A stretch of DNA of 64,000 bases from Vicugna vicugna (Eukaryota), in assembly GCA_013265495.1 (NCBI GenBank), contig MU058233.1:221038-285037 (forward strand), given 5' to 3'. The notes below the pieces were generated by a model that ran no database searches, was not told where the DNA came from, and saw only the letters and a list, made by a program, of their open reading frames with translations. Within the stretch, counting starts at the first letter, position 1, and each line of letters opens with the position of its first letter. A program made the position numbers and the translations under genes. Positions 13,201-25,200 of this stretch are shown here, one piece after another.

Positions 13201-16200
13201 TTGTACAAGAAGAACAGAGGAAGCAGGTATTTTAGAGGGAAGGGGGTCAGCTCTGCAAATTGCAGATTGTTCTTGTTGCCTCTTCTCTGTGAGACCTGGA
13301 GCTGACCACCCTGGCCTCAGCTGCCTGGCCCACGCTCGTGGGAGCCCGTAGCCCTCGGTCACACAAGGAGCCAGGGCAAGCAAGCTGCGGTCCTCTCCGG
13401 GCTGGCCCAGCCTTGCTTAGTGGCTTTCTGCTGGCTGCCTCTACCTGTGTGTTGCACAGGGTTTTGCAAGCGGTTCACTTGCCATCGAGGTTTTCCAGGT
13501 GAAAGACGTGAGAGGAGCGTGTTGCCCTCTGGTAGAGCCAGGCAGGTGCCTGTGCCGTCTCTGCTGCTTCTGTCCTCACCTGTGCCACCGCGTTACCTCT
13601 GTGCTCTCACTTGGAAGAGTAGCATCATGGAACGTGTGTGTTTATTGTAGTTTTCCTAGTCCACGTTGATGGGAACTTAAAGATTAAAATCCCGTTCCCT
13701 CCTCCGTCGCCCGCGCGTTGGGGTGGGTGTGTGGCTTTCGTGTGCTCAGTGCCTCCTCCCTGGGTCCCAGGGGGGCTGCTGCTGCTTCGCACAGCATTTA
13801 GAGGTCCCCCTGCCCCCTTAAACTGTGTGCGGGAGTGGGCAGCCCTGCCGCGGTGCCCCCATGTGCCGCTGCGTCTCAGCAGCGCTCGTCTCCCGCCTGC
13901 CCGCTGGGCGTCTAGGTTGTTTCAGCCTGTGCAGTACGGTCAGAAGCCCGAGGGGCGCACCGTGGCCTTCCCCAGTGCACACCCGCCCCGGACAGCTGCT
14001 GCCGCGGCCACCGCACCACAGGGCCACGTGCGAGGACGGCCGCCCATCGCCACGTTCTCTGCAAACCCCGATGCAAAAGGTATGCCTGTAGGGGGCGTGC
14101 TGGGTGTCACAGGGCTCGTGCGGAAGACACTCCTCTCACGTTCCCTGACCCCACGGGAGCGTGTGACTGCTGCAGTGACAGGAGTGGGACCATCCATCCT
14201 GGCTCTGCCCAGGAGACCACGTGCAGGTCTCACGCAAGGTTCAGGCTCTTTACATCTCTGAGCTGATCCGCCTGAACCAGACCCGCTCCCTGGGGAGACA
14301 CCGCGGACGTGCCGGCGAAGGCGTCCCTCGGCAGGAGCGTTCTCTCGCGTAGGGACACGTGGCGGGCGATATGGAACTTCTGAGGGAGTCTGCTCTGTGT
14401 TGTGCTGCCACTTCAGCGTCACCTGAGTGTCCCTGCTGAGGGGAGCAGGGCTAGGTGGCAGAACAGGTAACAGTAACAGTGTTGTGACCGTCAACGGGGT
14501 CCTCAGTGTCACATCCACTGCGCTTTCTTGGGATCTGCGTGACCGTCCAGCGCTCCTCCTGCGGCTGGGGGTGTGGGCGCCACCCCTCGGGGTGGTTAGG
14601 ATGGGGTCTGATGACACGGGGGTGACTTCACTCCAGTGACTCCAGAAATGTACCCCGTGGCGGCCTTGCGACCTCCGAGTGCAAATAGCTAACGACGATG
14701 AAACACCGGATTTCTGACTCTGTAGACCCCCCCGCCCCCGTTTTAGAGAGGGCGCCTCGCTTGAGAGGCAGTGTGATAATGTTTGTTTACTTCTTTAAAA
14801 TGAGGGTTTAAAGCTGCGTTTTACTGAGAACTGCTAACGGCTTTGCACCAACGAACTTATCGATTGCAGCGGCAGCAGCCCCGTTGCAGACCTCTCAGGC
14901 CCCCGCTGGCGCGCCGAGACTCCCGCCCGCCGCGACCTGCAGCACCGCGCCTGGCCCGGCCCACCCTGCGAAGCTGCGGGCGCAGACCGCTGCCCAGGCC
15001 ACTCGCTGGCGGCCGGGCAGAGCGCCCTGCCACAGGGGCTGGTGCTCACCTCGCAGGCCCAGGCGCGCCTGCCCAGTAAGTGGCCTTGCCTCTCCGGGTT
15101 CTGCCGCCTCTTTGCACGAGGACGCTGGGCTGTGATGAGGGCGTGCGAAGGGCCTTGTGTCCGCTCCCTTTGTCTCCCAGCCCCGGGTCCCGTGCCGCCT
15201 TCCGCCACGCTGTCCTTTCCGCCCTCAGCCTGCAGAGGGAGGGCCGGCCTCCGGGGTCTTGTCCTCTCTCTGTCCTTTCTCCTGGCCCCCGCCGTCAGCT
15301 CCACCGCCCTCCCGAGCTCCGAGCGAGGGTTCGTCAGTAAAATGAAAGCAGCGTGAGCTCTTTTCAGTCTCTCACCTGCTGCCAAACTTAAACCTGGCAT
15401 GAATTACTGCTCAAGCGAGATGTTTTGTAGTAAGTTGCGGACGGAACATCACAACCTTATCAAATGCTTCTTAATAGCACTTTTTGTTGTGACCAGGGTG
15501 ACAAGCTCCTTCCGAATCTCGTACATGCTCCTGTGTGCTCTGCTGTCGGAAGTGTCCTCACTGACACTGCCGGGGCTGCCCTGTTTCTCAGGTGCCACCG
15601 AAGCACTTAATTTGTCGGCATAACAAGTTGTGCTGAGAGCTTCCTGGGAAGATGGGAGAGAGAGGTGGTGTCCCGAGGAGGCCCCGAGTTCCAGCGAGTT
15701 TCCTCTCGTGACAAGGCTCTCTCTTCCATCGCCAGCCAGTGAAGAGTCCCTGCCCTGGTTCACTGCCCGAGGCGGGCGCGTCCTTGCATGTGTCCGGTTT
15801 TATCTGCCGGGATCGGAGTGCCATGGGCGGTGCCACTGGAGCTGCGCTGAGCGGGGCACGAGGGGCCGGGCTGCCTTCCTCTCGCTGCCTCCACCTCTCT
15901 GGACTGGGCGGGGCTCAGGGCAGGTTCAGGTTTCCATGCACAGATCTCTGCGTCTCCTTTTCCCGTTTCCCCTTCCTTGTTTACGGTTTCTGTGGGCAAA
16001 ATAGATGTTTCTAGTCTTTCGCTAACTGTTCTGTTTATTGTATCACTAATAACTCTGGCATGAATTTTCATGGGTGCAACATGTAGACTCGAATATCAAC
16101 CATTGGGTAGAAAAAAACTTTAAACCTGTTACTCGGTCACATCCTAAAGGTAGTACCTTTTTGAGTGAGGTGCATATGACTCCATCTGAGCTATGCTTTC

Positions 16201-19200
16201 AAAAACAACCTCCTAAGCAATGTTAAGTCACGTTTTTTTCATGGTAAATGTAATAGATCGAATCCTACAGTCTAGTTAAAATCAGTGTAAAAAATGTATC
16301 TTTAAGTGTGATGTATTTATGTACTTTTAACATACATTTCCAGATTTTGAAAACGTTATGGGTGTAATTGAAACTATTTACTCTTTTATCTGTAGTGACG
16401 TAATCTTGTTTATCTCTGAGCTGAACTGGACATACACTTTTTCACATTTTGAAAGTTCTGTGAAGTTAAGAGGTTGATATGAGAGGTTCAAAGTGCATTA
16501 CCAGTACATTTCTGCTGTGCTCAGTATTTGCGACTTTCTTACTGTTTGGAAAGAAAAGCGAAATGTTTCTTAATAGTTTGGTTAATTACATTAATATTTG
16601 ATCATCTAAGATCTCTACCAGTTATGGTTAAATAAGTTAATTGTTAAGATCTGATGTTAATTTTAATTATTTTTCTCTTCTATTGAAGTAATTATTTTCT
16701 GCAAGTGTTAAAAAGTGGTACCTAACAGACGCTTCTGTGACACTTCAGTTCACTGCAGATAGCCGTTCTGCACCACGAGTGACCGTCAGTGCAGCAGTCG
16801 TGAACTCTTCCCACAAGTTTTAATTCCTTTCCCTCTGCGTTTCTGCAGGTGGGGAGGTCGTCAAAATAGCCCAGCTGGCGTCCCTCGCGGGCCCGCCGAG
16901 CCGAGTGGCCCAGCCGGAGACGCCGGTGACGCTGCAGTTCCAGGGGAACAAGTTCACCCTGTCCCACAGCCAGCTCCGGCAGCTCACGGCCGGCCAGCCC
17001 CTGCAGCTTCAAGGTGAGAGCCCGCTGCCTGCGGCGGCCCGCCAGGACATTGGGCAGGGTATCCCGGCCGGCCGGCGCCCCCCGCGGCTGCGACTTGGGC
17101 CCCTCTCGAGTGCAGGTGTTTTGCCTGTAAGTGCCTTCACGAGTCTCACCTTGTAGGTGTCTGGGGGACCAGTGAGATGACATGTGAGTCGCTTGGTGGC
17201 CTGGTGCTTGATACTCGTTAAATAGAGGGTACTCATTTTTTTAAATACAATCTGCCCTTTGAAAAATGTTCCCTGTCTTCAAAATCAGACTAGAAATGCT
17301 TGTTCCTTTTCAATTTTATTGTGAGGTAAGTTGTCCTAAAAATGCCAAAGGGCAGTGGTTTATGCAGGAGAAGTTGTTTTCTTTTACATACAGATTTTAT
17401 TTTATTATTAAAAGGTTTTTTTTTAATGGACTGGGAATTGAACCCAGAACGTGGTGTGTGCTGAGCACGTGCTCTGCCATTGAACTGTATCCCTGCCCCC
17501 CAGGTACAGATTTTAAAACTGTAACTCGCAGACCAAAGGGAGCCTCCAGGCCCTTGGCTGAGAGCGCGTGTTCACGTAGTAACTGCTGCTCGGGGAAAAC
17601 GGGATGCAGTTTGGGTGGAATGTTACGTTAGTCGCAGGGGAAGGCCGCAGCAGGCCCGTCGCTTCAGTTCCTCGCAACTGGAGCTTAGGGTCCGCAGGTG
17701 GGGTCCAAGCAGTCGGCCCCGACGTGTCGTTCGAGGCTGTTGCCTGGCAGATGCTTCCGTTGTCAGCCAGGCCTGGGGTGTGCCACGCAGACACTGAAGA
17801 GACACACGGCGTTAGCAGAGTGGAGGCCCCCAGGAAACTTACAGCCAAGAAATGGTTTAGTTTGGTTTAATTCTATGTTTCTCCAGTTTTTTGACCACAG
17901 AGAAAATTTCTGGTGGACTTTAGTTTTTGGGGAGTACATCTCCACACTAAAAGATGTTGGAAAGACTTAATCACACAGAGGGTTGAAAAAAACGAGTGTT
18001 TAGATGTTTCTTCATTCAGCCTGATCTGCTGGCAGGCACCATCGCTTGATGTGGGAGCTGGGACCGTACCCCTGTGACGGCTCAGGGCTTCGCACAGCTG
18101 TGATGGGCCCTCAGCGGGCACCTGCTGCGTTACCTGGGATCAGGAATTGCAAGGAGAAGATGAGCTTTTTTGACATTAAGCAAAATGACTGTGTTCCTTG
18201 TTTTCATTTGTTGTGAATGGGATGTTTCCCGTCTTCTCCAAGTGACTGGACTTTGTATCGTCTTGCCTTGTCAGAGTAAACTTGATCTTGGATTTTCGGT
18301 TTCTGTACGTCGGGAGTGAGCGTGGCCCGTGGGCCAGAGGCACACGCAGCTCGCGGCTGAGCCTGGGTGTGTGTGATTGCAGGCAGCGTCCTTCAGATCG
18401 TGTCCGCTCCCGGGCAGTCCTACCTGCGACCTCCAGGCCCCGTGGTGATGCAGACCGTGCCCCCAGCGGGGGCCCTGAGCGCCCTGGGAAGCAAGCCCCC
18501 GGCCGGCGGCCCCGGCCCTGGCCCAGCGCCCGTGACCCCACCAGGTAGGGTGTGTGAGCAGGATGGAGACTGGGCTTTGAAACTTCTTTCTGGGGTTCTT
18601 TGCTTCTGAGGGAGCTGGAAGGTGTTTATGATTTCTGAGCATGGCGCCTCAGAGCCTGGTTCTGCGGGGTTTGTCTTCTTTGTCTTTTGTCCTCAAAGGT
18701 ATTGGCTGAACATAACCAGTCTCCACTCACCTTAGGTTTTTATTTTTTGGTTTTGCTCTAACGAGAGACTTGGAATCATGAGAAAATTTGCTTGTTAATG
18801 TTACAAATACACTCAGCGACCATGCCGGGGTCTCCCCTGGGGTGGTCACGGACCCTTTCCCTTCTGTAGTGTGTGCTGTGACCCACGGACACACCTGTTC
18901 TCGCGTTCCTGCGCAGGGTCCCAGTGTGGGGCCCTGGGCAGGCACTTGGACAGGGTGGCTGTGTAGAAGCAGCGGGGACCTCTCCCAACCCGAATCCCTC
19001 TTCACTGCTCATCCCCAGTCCCAGGGGCATCTGCGGTGCAGCTGGGGTGGTGTCCCTGCACCCCCTCCCCGTTCGGCCCTGTCAGCGTCACCTGGTGGCA
19101 GCTCTGCTTACAATTAGCATCGTTGTTTGGCTTTTCGCACCCCCGCCCCAGCTGCTAGCCGCCCTCCCTAGAGGGCCCTGTGCACCCTAGCCCGGAGCCA

Positions 19201-22200
19201 GTCCAGCCACTGGGTTCTAGTCGCCTTATCCCTTCCCCACTGCTGCCCTGAAGCGGCCCCTTTTCAGGCCTCAGACCCTCTCTCATAGCCCCTTGTGTCC
19301 CATCTCTGTCGGGACATGCAGCATAACGTGGCCAATGGGACCCCTCTGTCCTGGTCTGCAGGGCAGTGCTGGCTCCCTGCCTCGGGCAGACTGGGTTGAT
19401 GCCGCTGAGATGCTGAGGGAAGCGGGTGCCAGGGCCACGAGGGCACGATGGCAGGGAGCCCTGCGGGTTTGAGGTGCGTGCTGGGCACTCGCCACGGAAG
19501 AGGGACAGACCATGGTGCACAGCTCACACCGTGGCTGGAGAGCAGGCTTCCTCGCTGGTGGTTCTGGGGTTTCACAGCCGGCTGGGTGCTCCAGGTGGAG
19601 GAAGAGGGTCTGTCTGCAGAGCACGTCAGTAGCTTTGTTTTCCAACCCCTGGTTTTTGCATTTGTAGTGGGTGTGCCTGGTCGAGTGGCAGTCAACCCCC
19701 TGGCTGCAGGAGAACCTGGAGGGGCCTCCAAACCAGCCTCTCCCATCGGAGGGCCGACCCAGGTACGGTGCAGCGCTCGCTCCCCAGCGCCCCAGCGCCC
19801 CAGCGCCCCAGCGCCCCGCGGCCCCGGCGGCCACACCGTCCCCACGGAAGTGGGTTTTCAGAAGCTGCTTGTTACAGTGGGTGTCTCTGGCATTTAACTG
19901 CTTCCACGAGGCTTCATCAGTATCAAAACCCGTTGTCTCTCTGAGTTCTAGAATTCTGATTTTACAAACACATTTCTTAATAGAAGAAATGAATTTGGGT
20001 TTTAGGAATGCAGACCTCCCCTCCCCATGTTTTTGTGTTCTTTTGCCCGTCTTCCAGGCATTAGAGATGTTCACTGTGTCTCAAGAAATGCTTTTCACGT
20101 ATTTCTTCCTTTCCTGCCACTGCTTCCTGTGGAGCCAGGCCCCGCATGTCTGTGCGTGCGGGGCCCTCAGGGCTTGCTGAGGCCAAAAACGTGTCGTTTC
20201 TCAGTAACCACTCTCATCGCTGTTTTCCATAAAGGAGGAAAAGACCAGACTTTTGAAAGAACGGCTGGACCAGATTTATTTTGTCAACGAGCGGCGCTGC
20301 TCCCGCGCCCCCGTCTACGGCAGGGATGTGATGGGGATCTGCTCCCTGGCCGGCCGAGCACCGGGGCCTTGGCTCGGGGCGTCCGGCAGCAGTTGCGGGA
20401 AGGGGGATGGGCCTGCGAGCTGTCACACGTGGCCCTTGAGAAGCCGGAGGGACCTGATTTTGACGCTGACCCAGCGTCAGGAGTCCCTCCAGGATGTCAT
20501 CGACAGGTAAGGTGGCCTGTGTGTGAGGCTGTATTTTGAGTGTTTTTACTCGCTCACTGTGTCGCACCCCCGCAGCTCCTGTTGTCGTTTTGTGGACGTC
20601 CCTCTTACTCCTGTTTCTCCAGAGTTGTCCCTTGGAAGTCTGTGTGGGGTCCCTTTTGGGGTCTTCAGCTTTGGCATCAGGTGGTCTGTCCGGTCCCCAG
20701 GAGGCCTCCACGCCTGCCCCGAGGGCTGAGTCCTTGCCCCGCAGGCGTGGGCCTGGGGGGTGGGGTCGGGTCGGTCGCGGGCCGCCTGTGGGCAGAGCAC
20801 AGTCCCGCTAACTCGGGGTGGGGGGCATACCGCTGTGCTGCTGGCCGCTTTCTCCATTATGCCCTTTTAAAAAAATGTTACTAAAAAGCCACACTAATGA
20901 TTTAACGTTGCCTGATGAGAAAGTGTGTTTCAGAGCTGAGCTCAAACAGGCTTTAAGAGAGAAGACTGAAGTCCAGAGGCCGCTGCGGCGCTGTGGCCCC
21001 GCGGCCACACCGGGCGCTGCTCCAAGCCCGCGTCCTTGCGTGGGGCTTCGGCCCTGCTCTCGCCTGATTTCCGGGTTCAGCCTGAGAGCGTTTTCTCTCC
21101 CTCTTCTGTTCTGTCTGCGCTGCTGAGCGGCAGTTCCCGTCTTACTTGTTTGCAGCGGGGAACCGAGCAGTGCTGTGCCCTGGCTCCGCTCTCGGGGTGT
21201 GTCTGCTTTAGGTCCCTCAGATAGGGATGGAGAAATGGGAAAGAGAAAAGTGGGGTGGTTCTCCTGCTGTGAGTGAGCGGCCCCTAACCCACAGCTCCGC
21301 CCTCCGCCCTCTGCGTCTGGGGTTGGTGACCTCTTGTCCCTGCTCTCTTCTTTCCTTCTCCTTCCTCTGACGTTGCAGGTTAACTTTCTAAAACAGAGAC
21401 TTCTTAGAGCAGTTACAGGTCCACAGTAGAACTGAGGGGAAGGTGCAGAGATTCCCTGTGTCCCCGCAGCCCCCAGGGTAGTGCCTCTGCTAAAGCTGAT
21501 GGACCTGTGCTCGCACATCAGTGCCCGGAACTTACATGCCGGTTCACGCGTGTCAGCGCCCCCTGACGTGTGTCCACTGTCACAGTCGCGCCGAGCGGTT
21601 CCACTGCCCTAGAACGCCGGCTGCACACCCCCTGCTCCTCCCGCCCCACCAAACCCTGGCAGCTATCGAGCTTTCCACGGCGTGCACTGTTCTGCCTTTC
21701 CCGGAATGTCACTCAGTTGCAGTTACGCAGTAGGCAGCCTTTTCAGTTGGGCTGCTTTCGCTCAGTGATGTGCATTTGAGGTTCCTCCACGTCCTCGTGG
21801 TCTGACAGCTCCTCCCTTCAGTGCAGAGTGATGTTTTCTCATCCGCACGCACCGCCATGTGCTTTTCCATTCACTTACTGCGGGACACAACCCCTGTGTG
21901 GATTTGTGTGTGGACGTAGTTCTTAACTCATTTGGATGAGTCCCAAGGAGCGTGATTGCTAGCTCATATGGGGAAAGGGTGTTCAGCTGTGTTAGAAACG
22001 GCCATCCTGCACGCCCACCAGCGGTGAGTGAGCTCCTGCCGCTCCGCGTCCTTGCCAGCAGCCGGAGTCGTCGGTGTCGGTTTGGCCGTTTTGAGGGGTG
22101 TGTGCTGTGTCTTGCGGCTTTAGCTGGCGTCCCCCGACGTCACACATGTTGGGCTTCATGTCATACACTTACCTGCCGTCTGGTAATGCGTGCTAAGGCC

Positions 22201-25200
22201 TGGGTCCACCTTTAAGACAAGTTGCTTGTCTCCCGGTGGCTGCGTGTCAGGGATTCTCTGTATCCTTTGGGTCACGGTCCTTCAGCAAGTGTGTCTTTTG
22301 CAGGTATTTCCTGCTAGTCTGCAGCCTTCCTTTTCACTCTCTGGACGTCGTCTCTACAGAGCAAGTGTTTTAAATCTTGAGCTGATTAATTCTTTCAGGG
22401 ATTGTGCCTTTGATGTTGTATCTGTGTCACTGCCAAGCCCAAGGTCACCTAGATTTTCTCCTGTGTGATCTGCTAGGGGTTTTTGTTGTTTTGTATTTTA
22501 CATGTAGACCTGTGATCTATTTCAAGTAAGTTTTTCAAATTTTACTTTTTATTTTTATTTTTGGGGCAGGTAATTAGGTTTATTTATTTTTGATGGAGGG
22601 ACTGGGGATTGAACCCAGGACCTTGTGCTTGCTAAGTGTGCCCTTTACCACTGAGCTGTGCCCTCCCCTCTTGAGTTAATGTTTGTGAAGGGAATGGGTC
22701 TTTGTCTAGATTTACTTTTTCCCCTCCCATTTAAAAATCCTGTATCAAGGAAAACTTTTGAGACGTTTGAAGTAGAATAATACAGCGAATCCCAGTGTGG
22801 CCATTGCCTGTTTTCCACGGTTGTTAACTCAGTCCTGCTTGCTCTGTGCCCGTTCCCCTGAGCATAGAGTACTTTGAAATAAATTCTTGACAAACACAAT
22901 TTTTCCCTCTGTAAGATTTCTCCTCTCCCTGAAAGGCTGGGAGTCTTTAAACACAATCACAGTACTGTTACGACACCTAGAAAATTAATTTTGTCTCATC
23001 ATCAAATGTCTGTTCAGTATTTACTTTATTGATTATCTCATAAGTAGTCTTTTTTATAGTTGAAGCCAGCATCACAGTAAGGTGGATGCACAGCAATCAG
23101 TTTGTGTCTCCTATGTATCTTTTAATCTATAGGCTCTATTTCTGTTTCTCCCTTTTTACCCCTTGCAGTTTATTTGTTGACGAAGCCTGGGGCTTTGCTG
23201 TGTGGAATTTCCCGCAGTCTGGGTTTGCTGACCGAGTCCCCGTGGTGTGATTTAACGTGTTGCTTTGTTCTCTGTATTGATCAACTTCAGTTCTTCATTT
23301 GTTGTTTGTGTGTGTGTGTGTGTGCGCACGTGCAGGAGTAGGTGACGCTTTGTCCTGCCGTCAGGAAGCACGTAGCGTCTCTCCTGGGGTCGTCGTTTTG
23401 CACGTGGATGTCCGGTTGTCCTAGCTCCGTTGAAAAGACTGTCTTTGTTCCCTTGTGCTCCCTGCGCTCCTTTGTCAAAGGTCAGATGGCTGTGTTTGCG
23501 AGAGTCTGTCTCTGGGCTTTCTTTTCTGTTCCATTGATCTGTTTATTATTATTTATTCACCAGCACCACACAGTCTTGATTTCTGGTGCTTTATAGTGAG
23601 TCTTGAAGGCGATGGTGCCAGTGCTCCAACTTTTTCTAGTTCAGGGTTGTGTTGGCTCTTCTGGTCTGTTGCTTCCCCACATAAACTTTATTATTTTTTC
23701 CTTCCTTCCTCCCCCCCCCACTCCTTTCCTCTTATTTATTTTTATTTGAGTAAAGTTGATTTACCACGTTAGTTCTAGGTGTACAGCAGTGATTCGATTG
23801 TATACATAAACACATGTATGTAAGTATTCGTTTTCAGGTTCTTTTCTGTTGTAGGTCATTACGAGGTGCTGAATGTGGTCTCCTGTGCCGTCTGTTTGTC
23901 TGCTCTGTGTACAGCAGTGCTGCTTTTCTGTAGACGCTTCAGACTCAGTTTGTCGGTATCTACAAAATCGCTGCCTGGGGCTGCGTTGAATGTGTAGATC
24001 AGGTTGGGAAGAACTGACATCTTGACAATACTGGGTCTTCCTGTCCGTGAACTTGGAATCTGTCTCCTTTTGTTTAGTGCTTCTTTGAGTTCACTGATCA
24101 GAGCTTTGGCCGTCAGTGGCTGTTCACTTTGCACGTGGTTGGTAGCAAGTCTTGCGAGCCCAGCTCGTGCTGATGCCCAGAGTGAGGGCTTTCCTGGAGG
24201 TCAGGGCGGGCGCCAGGGTGGCCCAGTGGCTCGTCCCAGTCATGGTGGTGCTGCTCTCTGCTGCCCACAAGCCTGGCTCCCTCCTGGGGGCACGGTGGCC
24301 ATGGCAGCTGCAGGGCTCACCTCCCCCAAGACTGCCCGGAAGACGGAGCATCTGTGCCCCAGGACTCCCAGCAGAAGGCTGGCGCTGCAGGGCCCTGTCT
24401 CCACGCCCGGTCCTGTGGCCTGGGGGCCGCCTACGCCGCTCCTTCTGGTCTGGGTGGCCCTTGCTGGCTGCGGCGGGTTGGGCATGCTTCCAGCAGCTGC
24501 GTCACCTGACTGGAGTCAGGCACCTGGCTTCTCTGACGGTTCTGTCCTCTTCCTTCCTGAGCCTTCGCTGCCTGAGACAGAGGTGCTACCTGGTGGGGAC
24601 GCCATGGGAGCCACCTGTGACAGGTGTGCTTTCTGCTTCTCAGGGTGGTGTGTGTGATCCCTCCAGTGGTGGCTGCGCCCCCGTGCTTGTGGGTGGCAAG
24701 GCCGCCCTCGCTCTACAGCCACAGGATGAGGCTCTTGAGGCAGGGCCTGAAGGAGCACATGGCCGCCTACGCCCAGCAGCTGCAGCAGGTGACGGCCCCG
24801 CGCTCGCTGCGCTTTCCTGAGCTGAGACTGGTCCAGTTTGACTCAGGTATGGGGGGCCCGCCTGCCCTGCTGCCGCGCTGGGTCTGCCCCCCGGGGTCGC
24901 AGGCCCTCTGATGTGACTCGTTTCCTAGGGAAGCTGGAGGCTTTAGCCATCCTACTTCAGAAGCTGAGATCTGAAGGACGCCGAGTGCTGATTTTGTCTC
25001 AGATGGTGCTGATGTTAGACATCTTAGAGATGTTCCTCAACTTCCATTACCTCACCTACGTGAGGATCGATGAAAATGCCAACAGCGAGCAGCGGCAGGT
25101 GAGGAGGGGGTGTTCTGTTTTGTTACCGCTTGTGATTGAGCTGCGATAGCTTTAACCTCCAGCTGTGCAGACCCAGCACGCTTGTGCCCTCTGAACAAAG

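Larger units (their letters stand above)
21380..24160 (-). mobile_element. Cluster of old antisense L1 fragments with a nested SINE and a nested younger L1 3' end (~23730-23915)
   Basis: ORF 23859-24134(-) [20 protein letters not shown] is L1 ORF2-like; L1M-type 3' end text; boundaries approximate. Confidence 0.8.

Noticed and set aside
14085-14098. CTCF-like motif CCTGTAGGGGGCGT just after the donor at 14080 (similar match near 29512)
   Set aside because: Near-matches to this GC-rich motif are frequent in such sequence and cannot be supported without ChIP data.
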